A stretch of 64,000 nt of DNA from Candidatus Falkowbacteria bacterium (GTDB lineage Bacteria > Patescibacteriota > Patescibacteriia > Patescibacteriales > UBA12465). The DNA is taken from contig JBAXLJ010000001.1 in the NCBI GenBank assembly GCA_037134915.1, positions 37,484 to 101,483 of the forward strand, given 5' to 3'. The notes beneath the pieces are model-generated. The model had not been told where the DNA came from, made no database searches, and was given only the letters and a program-made list of their open reading frames with translations. The translations under genes were made by a program, and so were the position numbers. This document shows, one piece after another, positions 1-7,905 of this stretch (position 1 is the first letter of the stretch; each line of letters starts with the position of its first letter).

Positions 1-264
1 ACTAACTGGCATCATCATCACCGGGAGCTGGATCTCATTGTTTATAATAGAAAGATCATCGGTATAGAGGTTAAAACCAGGAAGAACCAAATCGATCTAG
101 CCTTTACAATTTTAAAGGCCAAACAGGTATCCCGGTTGCGCTCAACACTAAAAGCCTATTGTCTTTTACATGGCCAAAGTTACTCTAAGGCCCGACTAGA
201 TTTAATCGTTTTAAGAGTTAAAACCCCTACTACTCTGGGGCTAAAACACTATATTGACATTTAA
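1..264 (+). CDS. YraN-family (UPF0102) endonuclease-like protein, C-terminal fragment (5' end lies outside the window)
   Basis: Frame 1 is open from base 1 to TAA at 262-264. The translation ...HHHRELDLIVYNRKIIGIEVKTRKNQIDL... carries the ELDLI/EVKTR core recalled for YraN-like proteins. Confidence 0.55.
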   Translation, partial: TNWHHHHRELDLIVYNRKIIGIEVKTRKNQIDLAFTILKAKQVSRLRSTLKAYCLLHGQSYSKARLDLIVLRVKTPTTLGLKHYIDI

Positions 265-370
265 TTTTTTTAAGCCTTAATATAGACCGATAAATTTGTC
301 TTGTTATGGTCGATATGCTAAAATAATTACATAAATCAAAAAAATATAAAAACTAGAAAGGTGGTGAATT

Positions 371-775
371 ATGAAAAAAATCGCTAAACATTTATTATCT
401 TTAGTTTTAGTAATGTCTGTTTTTGTTATCCCAGCCATTTCTTTGGCCGCTGGTAATTTACAGGTTACTGACCTAGGAACCAACGAAGTAGGCGCTGCCG
501 TTAAATTAGGGGACAAATCTCCACTAACTACCGCTACTAACTTAATCAACACCGCTATGCTCTTTTTGGGCATCATCGCTGTTTGTATTATTTTATTGGG
601 TGGTTTCAAATGGATGACCGCTATGGGCAGTGAAGAAAAGGTTAACGAAGCTCAGAAATTAATGACCGCCGGTGTAGTGGGTATAATCATCATTCTTTCC
701 GCTTGGGGTATTGCTAAGTACGTCTTGACTCAAGCCGTTAGTGTTACAACAACTGGTACTGGATCCCTTAACTAG
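371..775 (+). CDS. TrbC/VirB2-like (T4SS-pilin-like) small membrane protein, paralog 1
   Basis: Strong SD aaaggtggtga sits upstream. Signal peptide ends ...PAISLAA. Two TM helices flank the loop FKWMTAMGSEEKVNEAQK. Confidence 0.75.
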   Translation: MKKIAKHLLSLVLVMSVFVIPAISLAAGNLQVTDLGTNEVGAAVKLGDKSPLTTATNLINTAMLFLGIIAVCIILLGGFKWMTAMGSEEKVNEAQKLMTAGVVGIIIILSAWGIAKYVLTQAVSVTTTGTGSLN

Positions 776-873
776 TTTTTCGAAAATCGATTTTAGAAAA
801 ATGGCCTCTCATTTTTTATGGGAGGCACCGCTTTAAATCTAAATCTATTTAGCTTTAGAGCAGTGAAAACCAT

Positions 874-1266
874 ATGAATCTAATAAAACATTTTTTTGCT
901 ACATTAATGATTAGTTTATCACTGTTTAGTGTTGCCCCGGCCCTAGCCGCTAGCTCCGACACCATTACCGATCTAGACAGCACCGCTAAGGGTGTTAGCG
1001 CCTATCAAACTCAGGTCGGCGTTGACGCTAAAACAACCGTAACTAATAAAGTCGGAAGTATTGTAGCCCTAATCTTGTCCTTTGTTGGTATTATTTTTCT
1101 AATTTTAACTATCTATGCTGGCCTGCTGTGGATGACAGCTCAAGGCAACAATGCCCAGGTTGAAAAGGCTAAAGATTTGCTAATTAATGCTGTTATTGGC
1201 TTAGTAATTGTAACGGCCGCCTACTCGATTACTTCGTTTGTGGGTACGCAGATAGTTGGTAAATAA
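874..1266 (+). CDS. TrbC/VirB2-like pilin-like membrane protein, paralog 2
   Basis: Signal peptide ends ...APALAAS. Two TM helices flank LLWMTAQGNNAQVEKAK. Confidence 0.75.
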   Translation: MNLIKHFFATLMISLSLFSVAPALAASSDTITDLDSTAKGVSAYQTQVGVDAKTTVTNKVGSIVALILSFVGIIFLILTIYAGLLWMTAQGNNAQVEKAKDLLINAVIGLVIVTAAYSITSFVGTQIVGK

Positions 1267-1275
1267 TTCCGATTT

Positions 1276-1683
1276 ATGAAAAAATTGTTTATCATTTCAT
1301 TGTTCAGCGCTTTATTTTTGATATTTGCCCACCCATCGTTTGGGGCTTATAGTTTTAACGAAAACAGTGGCCTGAAAGACATGGGGTCTGCCACTCAACT
1401 AGGAGAAAGTGGCGTGGTAGCTCCCGAAATTTATATTGGAAATATTTTAACTATCTTTTTTTCATTCTTGGGCTTAATCTTTTTTATCTTAATTATCTAT
1501 TCTGGAATTTTATGGATGACTGCTCAGGGTGACACTGGCCAGGTTTCTAAAGCCAAGGAGACTATAATTAGAGCCATCGTTGGCCTAATAATCTCTATAG
1601 CGGCCTACGGTATAACTTATTTTGTAATGAATATTTTTCCCAACAGTCCAAAAACGACTGATAACACCCAAATAAACCAGTAG
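1276..1683 (+). CDS. TrbC/VirB2-like pilin-like membrane protein, paralog 3
   Basis: Lies 9 nt after paralog 2. Signal peptide ends ...PSFGA. Loop is ILWMTAQGDTGQVSKAK. Confidence 0.75.
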   Translation: MKKLFIISLFSALFLIFAHPSFGAYSFNENSGLKDMGSATQLGESGVVAPEIYIGNILTIFFSFLGLIFFILIIYSGILWMTAQGDTGQVSKAKETIIRAIVGLIISIAAYGITYFVMNIFPNSPKTTDNTQINQ

Positions 1684-1690
1684 AAATATC

Positions 1691-2077
1691 ATGAAAAAAA
1701 TTTCTAACTTAACAAAATATACAATTAGTTTCATTTTTTTAAGTGTTTTTTTATGGACCACACCACTTTTTGCCTCTAGTTTAAAAGATGGCTTTTCGGC
1801 CACTGGTAATTTAGATAAATTCGCTCAAGAAGCTAATTATTCCGTACCCCAAACACCAGAATACTATGTGGGCCTTTTTCTAAATGGCCTTTTTTCTTTA
1901 CTGGGCATTATTACCATGGGCTTAATTTTTTATAGTGGCTTTGTTTGGATGACGGCCAGAGGAAATGAAGCTAAAGTGACCAAAGCCAAAGATAACCTAA
2001 CCGACGCCTTACTGGGTTTACTCTTTATTGTTGGCGGCTACGCCTTAACTTACTTTATTCTAAAAATATTTACTTAA
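1691..2077 (+). CDS. TrbC/VirB2-like pilin-like membrane protein, paralog 4
   Basis: Lies 7 nt after paralog 3. Signal peptide ends ...PLFASS. Loop is FVWMTARGNEAKVTKAK. Confidence 0.75.
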   Translation: MKKISNLTKYTISFIFLSVFLWTTPLFASSLKDGFSATGNLDKFAQEANYSVPQTPEYYVGLFLNGLFSLLGIITMGLIFYSGFVWMTARGNEAKVTKAKDNLTDALLGLLFIVGGYALTYFILKIFT

Positions 2078-2084
2078 ATTTTAT

Positions 2085-2495
2085 ATGGTTAAAAAAATTA
2101 AATCGTGGCTTAATGTCTTATTTCTAACCCTGATTTTAATCGTTCCTGGCTTAGTTTTTGCGGTCAGCACTGCGCCATTAAATAACAACGCCTCACCCCT
2201 AACCAGATTAAATGCCGCTGCCCAGGTCAATGGACCATATAGCGCTGCTGCTGATGAGTTTACTTTAGCCAAAATACTTGGTCTAGTTATCTCTGTGGCT
2301 CTGAGCATCCTGGGAATTATCTTTATCTTTATTGTTATTATTGCCGGATATAAATGGATGACCGCTCAAGGCAACGAAGCTGAGGTAACTAAAGCTAAGG
2401 ATTCTATGACTCGAGCCGTCATCGGGCTAATTGTTGTTTTGTCCTCTTATGCCGTTTGGGCTTTTATTAAATCAGTTTTCATCACAAAAATATGA
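2085..2495 (+). CDS. TrbC/VirB2-like pilin-like membrane protein, paralog 5
   Basis: Lies 7 nt after paralog 4. Signal peptide ends ...LVFAVS. Loop is YKWMTAQGNEAEVTKAK. The TGA stop overlaps the next ATG. Confidence 0.75.
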   Translation: MVKKIKSWLNVLFLTLILIVPGLVFAVSTAPLNNNASPLTRLNAAAQVNGPYSAAADEFTLAKILGLVISVALSILGIIFIFIVIIAGYKWMTAQGNEAEVTKAKDSMTRAVIGLIVVLSSYAVWAFIKSVFITKI

Positions 2496-2911
2496 TCCAT
2501 TTAAAAAAGTTTAAGGCCCTGGTTTTTATTTTTATTCTCCAATTAATGATGGTGCCCGCTGTTTTTGGCGCCTCATTAAATACTAAAGGTTTAGATGCTC
2601 AAGATTCGGCTTTAGTAACCGAATCTGGTTTAGCGAGTAACAGTAATCTAGCCACTATCATCTCGGTTCTAATTAAATCTGTGTTAGGTTTTCTAGGAAT
2701 TATCTTCTTAGTCCTAACTATTATGGCTGGATTTAAGTGGATGAACGCCCAGGGTAACGAAGATGATATAAAAAAAGCTCAGGCCTCTTTGAAAAATTCA
2801 ATCATTGGTTTAGTAATCGTTTTGGCGGCCTACGCTATTACTTACTCCGTCTTTACTTATTTACCTTTTACCGGTAACGGCAGCGGTGCTGGCGGCGGCG
2901 GGGCACTATAA
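2492..2911 (+). CDS. TrbC/VirB2-like pilin-like membrane protein, paralog 6 (Gly-rich tail)
   Basis: ATGA overlap with paralog 5. Loop is FKWMNAQGNEDDIKKAQ. C-terminal tail is GNGSGAGGGGAL. Confidence 0.75.
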   Translation: MIHLKKFKALVFIFILQLMMVPAVFGASLNTKGLDAQDSALVTESGLASNSNLATIISVLIKSVLGFLGIIFLVLTIMAGFKWMNAQGNEDDIKKAQASLKNSIIGLVIVLAAYAITYSVFTYLPFTGNGSGAGGGGAL

Positions 2912-2931
2912 TCAAATATTTTTAGAATAAG

Positions 2932-2965
2932 AAAAGGGACCGTCTTTGTGACAGTCCCCTTTTTT
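2932..2965. terminator. Bidirectional intrinsic terminator between convergent genes
   Basis: aaaaGGGACcgtctttgtgacaGTCCCctttttt: a stem with an A-tract on the left and a T-tract on the right. Confidence 0.6.
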
Positions 2966-3671
2966 AATTATCCGATATGGCCTTATAAGTAGCCCAATAA
3001 ACACTTTGACCATCAAACCATTTAGTGGCACGAGGGTCGACGCTGAACGGGAAAGCCTTACAATAGCCACCGCAAGTAATCAGAACTACGTAGTTGCCAA
3101 CTGGCAAGCTCCATTCCTTCTTTTCTCCAGGATTCAAAACTAAAGATGTTCCTGGAGTGTCACCAATGTCGGTTCGGCTGATATGAAAGGTGGCAATTTC
3201 TCCTGGTCCGGTTTTATAATTAACCACTATCCCCTTAAAACCTTTAGGATTTACTTCACCGGCAGCCCCCTCAGACATTTTATAAATTTGTGTTCGGCTC
3301 CGGCGGCGATATTCACTTGGTCCCATCTGCTCCGGAGTGTTTGAGGTGACATCAGCTTTAAGTCGGTAATCTTTACCGGCTAGTTCTGTTTTCTTAATAT
3401 CAATAATGGATTTTTCCAGAACGTCTTTTTCAGTTCTGAGGGTTTTTACGTCCTCATCGGCAAAGAATTTTTGTTTTTCCTGAATTGGATTTAGTCTTTT
3501 TACTTTATTTAGAGTCACCTCCAAGTAAAATATTCTTTCCTTAATCTCACTAAGCCGCTTTTCCAGCTTAGCAATTTCTAAATCCGCTCTCATTTGGCTC
3601 TGATTATAAGTCTGAGCCCAAAGACCAGTAGTCATAAATAAGCCCACCCATAAAACTACGATTTTTTTCAT
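2964..3671 (-). CDS. Secreted or lipid-anchored protein with an N-terminal coiled-coil and a C-terminal beta-rich domain; function unknown
   Basis: Signal peptide MKKIVVLWVGLFMTTGLWAQ. A heptad-like region follows (LEIAKLEKRLSEIKERIFYLE). I recognise no family motif. Confidence 0.6.
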   Translation of the reverse strand: MKKIVVLWVGLFMTTGLWAQTYNQSQMRADLEIAKLEKRLSEIKERIFYLEVTLNKVKRLNPIQEKQKFFADEDVKTLRTEKDVLEKSIIDIKKTELAGKDYRLKADVTSNTPEQMGPSEYRRRSRTQIYKMSEGAAGEVNPKGFKGIVVNYKTGPGEIATFHISRTDIGDTPGTSLVLNPGEKKEWSLPVGNYVVLITCGGYCKAFPFSVDPRATKWFDGQSVYWATYKAISDN

Positions 3672-3789
3672 GATTTTTTTATTTTTTAAATTGTGAATGT
3701 TCTTTTTTGACGCCAGAAACTAACTTTCCAGCTTACAAAAGTATAACATTTTATTTGAATAATGTCAATGACTTATCCCCAGGGCAGCC

Positions 3790-3818
3790 TTGACTTTTAG
3801 TTTTAGCCGTGATATAAA
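3790..3818 (+). promoter_or_regulatory. Sigma70-type promoter with extended -10, upstream of the 3D-domain gene
   Basis: TTGACT (3790-3795), a 17-nt spacer ending in TGa, then TATAAA (3813-3818). Confidence 0.5.
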
Positions 3819-3879
3819 TAAAAGTCGCAAAAAACTCCATTATTTAGGAGTTTTTATTTACGGCAAAATATATAAACTT

Positions 3880-4467
3880 ATGAAAAAACGTCTTCAAAAA
3901 ATTGGAGAGGAAATCGTGCCTCTCAGTAGAAAGCAAAGTCTTGTTTTATTACTAATTATTGCTTGCGTCTTTCAATTCGTCTTATTTTTCACCCCAGCCT
4001 TAGCCGCTGAAACCGTGGCCAGCCAGGATGAAATGCAAATCAGCCTAGGCAGCCTTAACAAAAGCGCTGATATGGATGAAAATGCCCAGAAAATAGCTAA
4101 TGACTCCGAATCTAATCTAGCCACCTCAACGGTCGCTACTTCAACTCCAGCCAAATCCAAGGTCAAAAGCACCAGTGTTCATGTAATTACCGCTTATAAC
4201 TCGGAAATTGGCCAAACAGACGATTCCCCTTGTGTCACCGCTAATGGTTTTAATGTTTGCACCCACGGTCAAGAAGACACTATTGCTGCTAATTTCTTGA
4301 AATTCGGCACCAAAGTTAAAATACCTGATTTATTCGGTGATCGTGTCTTTACGGTTCGAGACCGAATGAATCAAAAACATCCGAGTCGAGTCGATATTTG
4401 GATGAAAGATCGCCCCAGTGCTATAAAATTTGGTGTAAAAACAGCCAAAATTCAAGTTTTAGAATAA
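3880..4467 (+). CDS. 3D-domain (MltA/RlpA-like double-psi beta-barrel) cell-wall-binding or lytic protein, membrane-anchored
   Basis: Starts at MKKRLQKIG... with a TM segment SLVLLLIIACVFQFVLFF. The C-terminus VHVITAYNSEIGQTDDSPCVTANG...VFTVRDRMNQKHPSRVDIWM is typical of 3D domains. The track start at 3790 is the TTG of the -35 box. Confidence 0.7.
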   Translation: MKKRLQKIGEEIVPLSRKQSLVLLLIIACVFQFVLFFTPALAAETVASQDEMQISLGSLNKSADMDENAQKIANDSESNLATSTVATSTPAKSKVKSTSVHVITAYNSEIGQTDDSPCVTANGFNVCTHGQEDTIAANFLKFGTKVKIPDLFGDRVFTVRDRMNQKHPSRVDIWMKDRPSAIKFGVKTAKIQVLE

Positions 4468-4540
4468 TTTTTAAATCAATATACTATACAAAAAAGACGC
4501 TCTGATTGTCAGAGCGTCTTTTTTGTTGCTAATATTTGAG

Positions 4541-6943
4541 TTAAAATGATAAAAAACTGCGACTTTTTTTAGTTTTCTCTTTCTTATTTAAGGCAATGGT
4601 AGTACTAAGCACCGTGTCGGGAATTAAAGAGATGCTATCGATGCCACAATCTACTAGGAATTCGGCGAAGTCTGGGAAATCACTGGGCCCCTGGCCACAA
4701 ATGCCCACCTTTCTTTTATTCTTTTTAGCGGAATTTATTAAGTTTTGAACCAGGATTTTAACCGCCTCATTCTTCTCATTGGACACCCCTTCAACTTTTA
4801 GTGTCCCACCCGAATCGCGGTCGATACCAAGAGTAAGTTGAGTTAAATCATTAGAACCGATTGAAAAACCGTCAAATATTTTGCAGAACTGATCGGCTAG
4901 AATAATATTGGCCGGAATTTCCGCCATTACATAAACCTCTAAACCATTTATGCCACGTTTCAAGCCATTTTGGGCCATAATTTCCATGACCCGTTTACCT
5001 TCTTCAACGGTCCGACAAAAAGGAATCATAATTTTTAAATTTTTCAAACCAAAATCATCGCGAACTCTCTTTAAGGCCTGACACTCTAAAATAAAGGCGG
5101 GCAAGAATTCTGGGGCATAATAACGGCTTGCTCCGCGCCAGCCAATCATCGGGTTAGATTCAATCGGTTCAAATTCGCGACCACCAATTAAATTGGCGTA
5201 TTCATTTGTTTTAAAGTCTGATAGACGAACAATAACATCCTTAGGATAGAAGGCGGCCGCAATCATCGCCACCCCTTGAGCTAGACGATCAACAAAGTAA
5301 TCAGATTTCTTTTTATAGGTAACCGTTAATTCATCAATTTTATTTTTAGCCGTCTTATCTTTTAGAGTATTATAATTAAGCAGTGCTAGGGGGTGAATCT
5401 TAATATAATTATTAATAATAAATTCTAAGCGAGCCAGGCCTACGCCATCGTTAGGAATTTGTGAGCAAGAGAAAGCTAAATCTGGCTCAGCAATATTCAT
5501 CATGATTTTAGTTTTGGGGCGCTTAATCTCCTTAACATTAGTTTTTTCAATTTTGTAAGGGATTTTTCCTTCATAAACAAATCCGGCATCGCCCTCGGCA
5601 CATGAAACCGTGATCATGGCCCCTTTCTTTATTTTACTTGAACCATTATTAGTGCCAACTACGCAAGGAATTCCTAGTTCGCGAGAAACAATCGCGGCGT
5701 GACAAGTTCGGCCACCTTTGTCGGTGACAATTGCCGAGGCAATTTTCATAATCGGTTCCCAATCCGGATCAGTCATGTCAGTTACTAACACCTGCCCTTT
5801 TTTAAAATCATTGATGTCTTTAATGCCCATGATTCGATTAGCGGCCCCTTCGCCGATTCGGTTACCGACGCTTTGTCCGCTAACAATTATCTTACCTTTT
5901 TGGCTGATTACATAACGCTCTAAAAAGTTACGATCTTTAATGCTTTCAACTGTTTCCGGACGCGCTTGTAAAATATAAAGTTTTTTAGTTTTGCCATCAT
6001 ACCCCCACTCGATATCCATTGGTCTTTTATAATGCTCTTCAATAAGAATTGCCCATTTAGCTAATTGCTTAACCTGCTCATCAGTAATTGATTGTTTTGA
6101 TTGATCGCTTGGAGAAACGGGAATATTTTTAACTGGTGTTTTTCCTTTTGAATCATAAATCATTCTTAAAGCTTTTTTACCAATTGATCGAGAAATTATT
6201 GCCATCGTTGGCTTAAAGACATAAAATTCATCAGGATTAACCCGTCCCTGAACCATATTCTCGCCTAAACCATAAATGGAATTAATTAAAACCGCATTTT
6301 TGAATCCTGATTCAGTATCAATAGTAAACATAACTCCAGAAGCTCCTAGATCCGAACGAACCATTTTTTGGACACCAACTGACAAAGCAATTGAGAAGTG
6401 GTCAAAGCCTTTATCAACTCGGTAGGAAATAGCCCGATCGTTGAATAATGAAGCAATACAATCTTTAACGGCGACTAACAAGGCCTTGTCACCAACCACA
6501 TTTAAAAAACTCTCTTGTTGGCCAGCGAAGGAAGCGTCCGGTAAGTCTTCGGCTGTAGCCGAAGATCTAACAGCAACGTCTAAATTTTTAACCTTATATT
6601 CGGCTGACAATTTATGATAAGCCGTTAAAATAGCTTTTTTAAAATCTTCCGGTAATTCTACTTCTAAAATCATTTTACGAATAAGGGCTCCTTTTTTCAT
6701 TAAGCTTTTAACATCTTTAGTGTTTAAATCTTTTAAAATATCTTTAATTTTATCTTTTAGGCCGGTGCTCTCTAAAAAATAACGATAGGCATCAGCTGTC
6801 GTGGCATAGCCGTTAGGCACGCTAATTCCTTTGCTACTCAAGCGCCCATACATCTCACCCAAAGAGGCATTCTTGCCGCCAACTGAAGAAACATCCAAGA
6901 TATTTAGTTCCTTGAAGAATTTAATAAATAAAATTTTTTTCAT
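4541..6943 (-). CDS. ppsA: Phosphoenolpyruvate synthase (pyruvate, water dikinase)
   Basis: 800 aa. N-terminal GGKNASLGEM, the phospho-His region GGRTCHAAIVSRELGIP, and a C-terminal PEP-utilising TIM-barrel region. Confidence 0.93.
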   Translation of the reverse strand: MKKILFIKFFKELNILDVSSVGGKNASLGEMYGRLSSKGISVPNGYATTADAYRYFLESTGLKDKIKDILKDLNTKDVKSLMKKGALIRKMILEVELPEDFKKAILTAYHKLSAEYKVKNLDVAVRSSATAEDLPDASFAGQQESFLNVVGDKALLVAVKDCIASLFNDRAISYRVDKGFDHFSIALSVGVQKMVRSDLGASGVMFTIDTESGFKNAVLINSIYGLGENMVQGRVNPDEFYVFKPTMAIISRSIGKKALRMIYDSKGKTPVKNIPVSPSDQSKQSITDEQVKQLAKWAILIEEHYKRPMDIEWGYDGKTKKLYILQARPETVESIKDRNFLERYVISQKGKIIVSGQSVGNRIGEGAANRIMGIKDINDFKKGQVLVTDMTDPDWEPIMKIASAIVTDKGGRTCHAAIVSRELGIPCVVGTNNGSSKIKKGAMITVSCAEGDAGFVYEGKIPYKIEKTNVKEIKRPKTKIMMNIAEPDLAFSCSQIPNDGVGLARLEFIINNYIKIHPLALLNYNTLKDKTAKNKIDELTVTYKKKSDYFVDRLAQGVAMIAAAFYPKDVIVRLSDFKTNEYANLIGGREFEPIESNPMIGWRGASRYYAPEFLPAFILECQALKRVRDDFGLKNLKIMIPFCRTVEEGKRVMEIMAQNGLKRGINGLEVYVMAEIPANIILADQFCKIFDGFSIGSNDLTQLTLGIDRDSGGTLKVEGVSNEKNEAVKILVQNLINSAKKNKRKVGICGQGPSDFPDFAEFLVDCGIDSISLIPDTVLSTTIALNKKEKTKKSRSFLSF

Positions 6944-7021
6944 ATTTATTTTTTATATTATTTTTAATTATTATATCACATTCTTTACATTAAACGAATA
7001 ATTAGATAATATAATAAACAT

Positions 7022-7103
7022 GCGGGCGTGGCGAAATTGGTAGACGCACTAGCCTTAGGAGCTAGCGGGGCAACTCTTGAGAGTTCGAGTCTCTCCGCCC
7101 GCA
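7022..7103 (+). tRNA. tRNA-Leu (anticodon TAG), long variable arm
   Basis: Acceptor GCGGGCG/CGCCCGC. Anticodon loop is cuUAGga. T-arm is GAGTTCGAGTCTC. Confidence 0.9.
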
Positions 7104-7104
7104 C

Positions 7105-7905
7105 ATGTTTTCTCTGCTTCACAACTTTTTACCCCAACCAGTTTTGTTTAGTTTTGGGATTATTACCATACATTGGTATGGTCTATTTATTGTATTAGGA
7201 ATATTGGCCGCTCTAGCTTTAGTTTTGTGTTTAGCTAAGCGTTTTCAAATAAAGTCTGGTGTCATATGGGATTTAAGTTTTTATTTAGTCTTATTTGGTA
7301 TCATCGGGGCCAGGATCTATGAGATCTTTTTAAATTATCCTTATTATTTTTCTCACCCCACTCAAATCATAAAAATTTGGGAAGGCGGACTAGCTATTCA
7401 TGGCGCTCTAATTGCCGGTGCTTTAACTTTATTTGTTTTTATAAAGAAAAATAAACTAAACTTTTGGTCACTACTAGCAATTGTTACCCCGGGACTCGCC
7501 ATAGGTCAGGCCATTGGTCGCTTTGGTAACTGGTTCAATCAAGAACTTTTTGGCAGGCCAACTAATTTACCTTGGGGAATACCGATTGCCGAAAGCAACC
7601 GCCCCTTAGAATTTATTAATCAATCTTTTTTTCAACCAACTTTTTTATATGAAAGTCTGGGTTCAATTTTAATCGCTGTTTTATTATTTACTTTACTATG
7701 GAAACAAAAAAATAGCCTAAGCCAAAAAATGGCGATGAAAATCAGCGCCTATTACCTAGCCCTATATTCTATTTTGAGATTTAGTTTAGAGTTTATCAAA
7801 ATAGACGCTACTCCCATATTTTTCGGTCTTCGTCTGCCTCAGATTATTAGCCTCATAATCATTGCCATTTCTATTATTATTTATAAAAAATCATCCCATG
7901 TTTAA
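7105..7905 (+). CDS. lgt: Prolipoprotein diacylglyceryl transferase
   Basis: Motifs HWYGLFIVLG, GARIYE, IWEGGLAIHGALIAG, GRFGNWFNQELFGRPTNLPWGI. Confidence 0.93.
   Translation: MFSLLHNFLPQPVLFSFGIITIHWYGLFIVLGILAALALVLCLAKRFQIKSGVIWDLSFYLVLFGIIGARIYEIFLNYPYYFSHPTQIIKIWEGGLAIHGALIAGALTLFVFIKKNKLNFWSLLAIVTPGLAIGQAIGRFGNWFNQELFGRPTNLPWGIPIAESNRPLEFINQSFFQPTFLYESLGSILIAVLLFTLLWKQKNSLSQKMAMKISAYYLALYSILRFSLEFIKIDATPIFFGLRLPQIISLIIIAISIIIYKKSSHV

Noticed and set aside
304-609. Antisense or alternate-frame track ORFs inside well-supported genes. Examples: 304-609(-), 1585-1803(-), 2081-2308(-), 3972-4172(-), 5718-5915(+), 7915-8121(+), 10732-11028(+), 11790-11987(-), 13759-14004(+), 13779-14009(+), 14015-14203(-), 28701-28913(-), 31429-31629(-), 32267-32452(-), 33427-33609(+), 34043-34894 (several), 35946-36131, 36650-36841, 38524-38745, 41632-41913, 44341-44544, 46819-47095, 53398-53649, 53883-54110, 54679-54948, 56063-56389, 58245-58933, 59336-59524, 61576-61842, 62632-62820.
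   Set aside because: Each overlaps a longer ORF with clear family motifs. Their translations are low-complexity or hydrophobic noise typical of AT-rich shadow frames, and none has an SD or promoter context.
2492-2495. Possible alternative genetic code (UGA recoded), as in some CPR lineages.
   Set aside because: TGA clearly terminates paralog 5 in an ATGA overlap, and all long ORFs close properly with TAA, TAG or TGA under the standard code. There is no sign of in-frame TGA read-through being required.
3790-3879. Track start (TTG at 3790) for the 3D-domain protein, giving a 225-aa product.
   Set aside because: The TTG is the first base of the -35 hexamer TTGACT. The N-terminal 30 aa are not signal-like, whereas the ATG at 3880 gives MKKRLQ... 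followed by a TM anchor.
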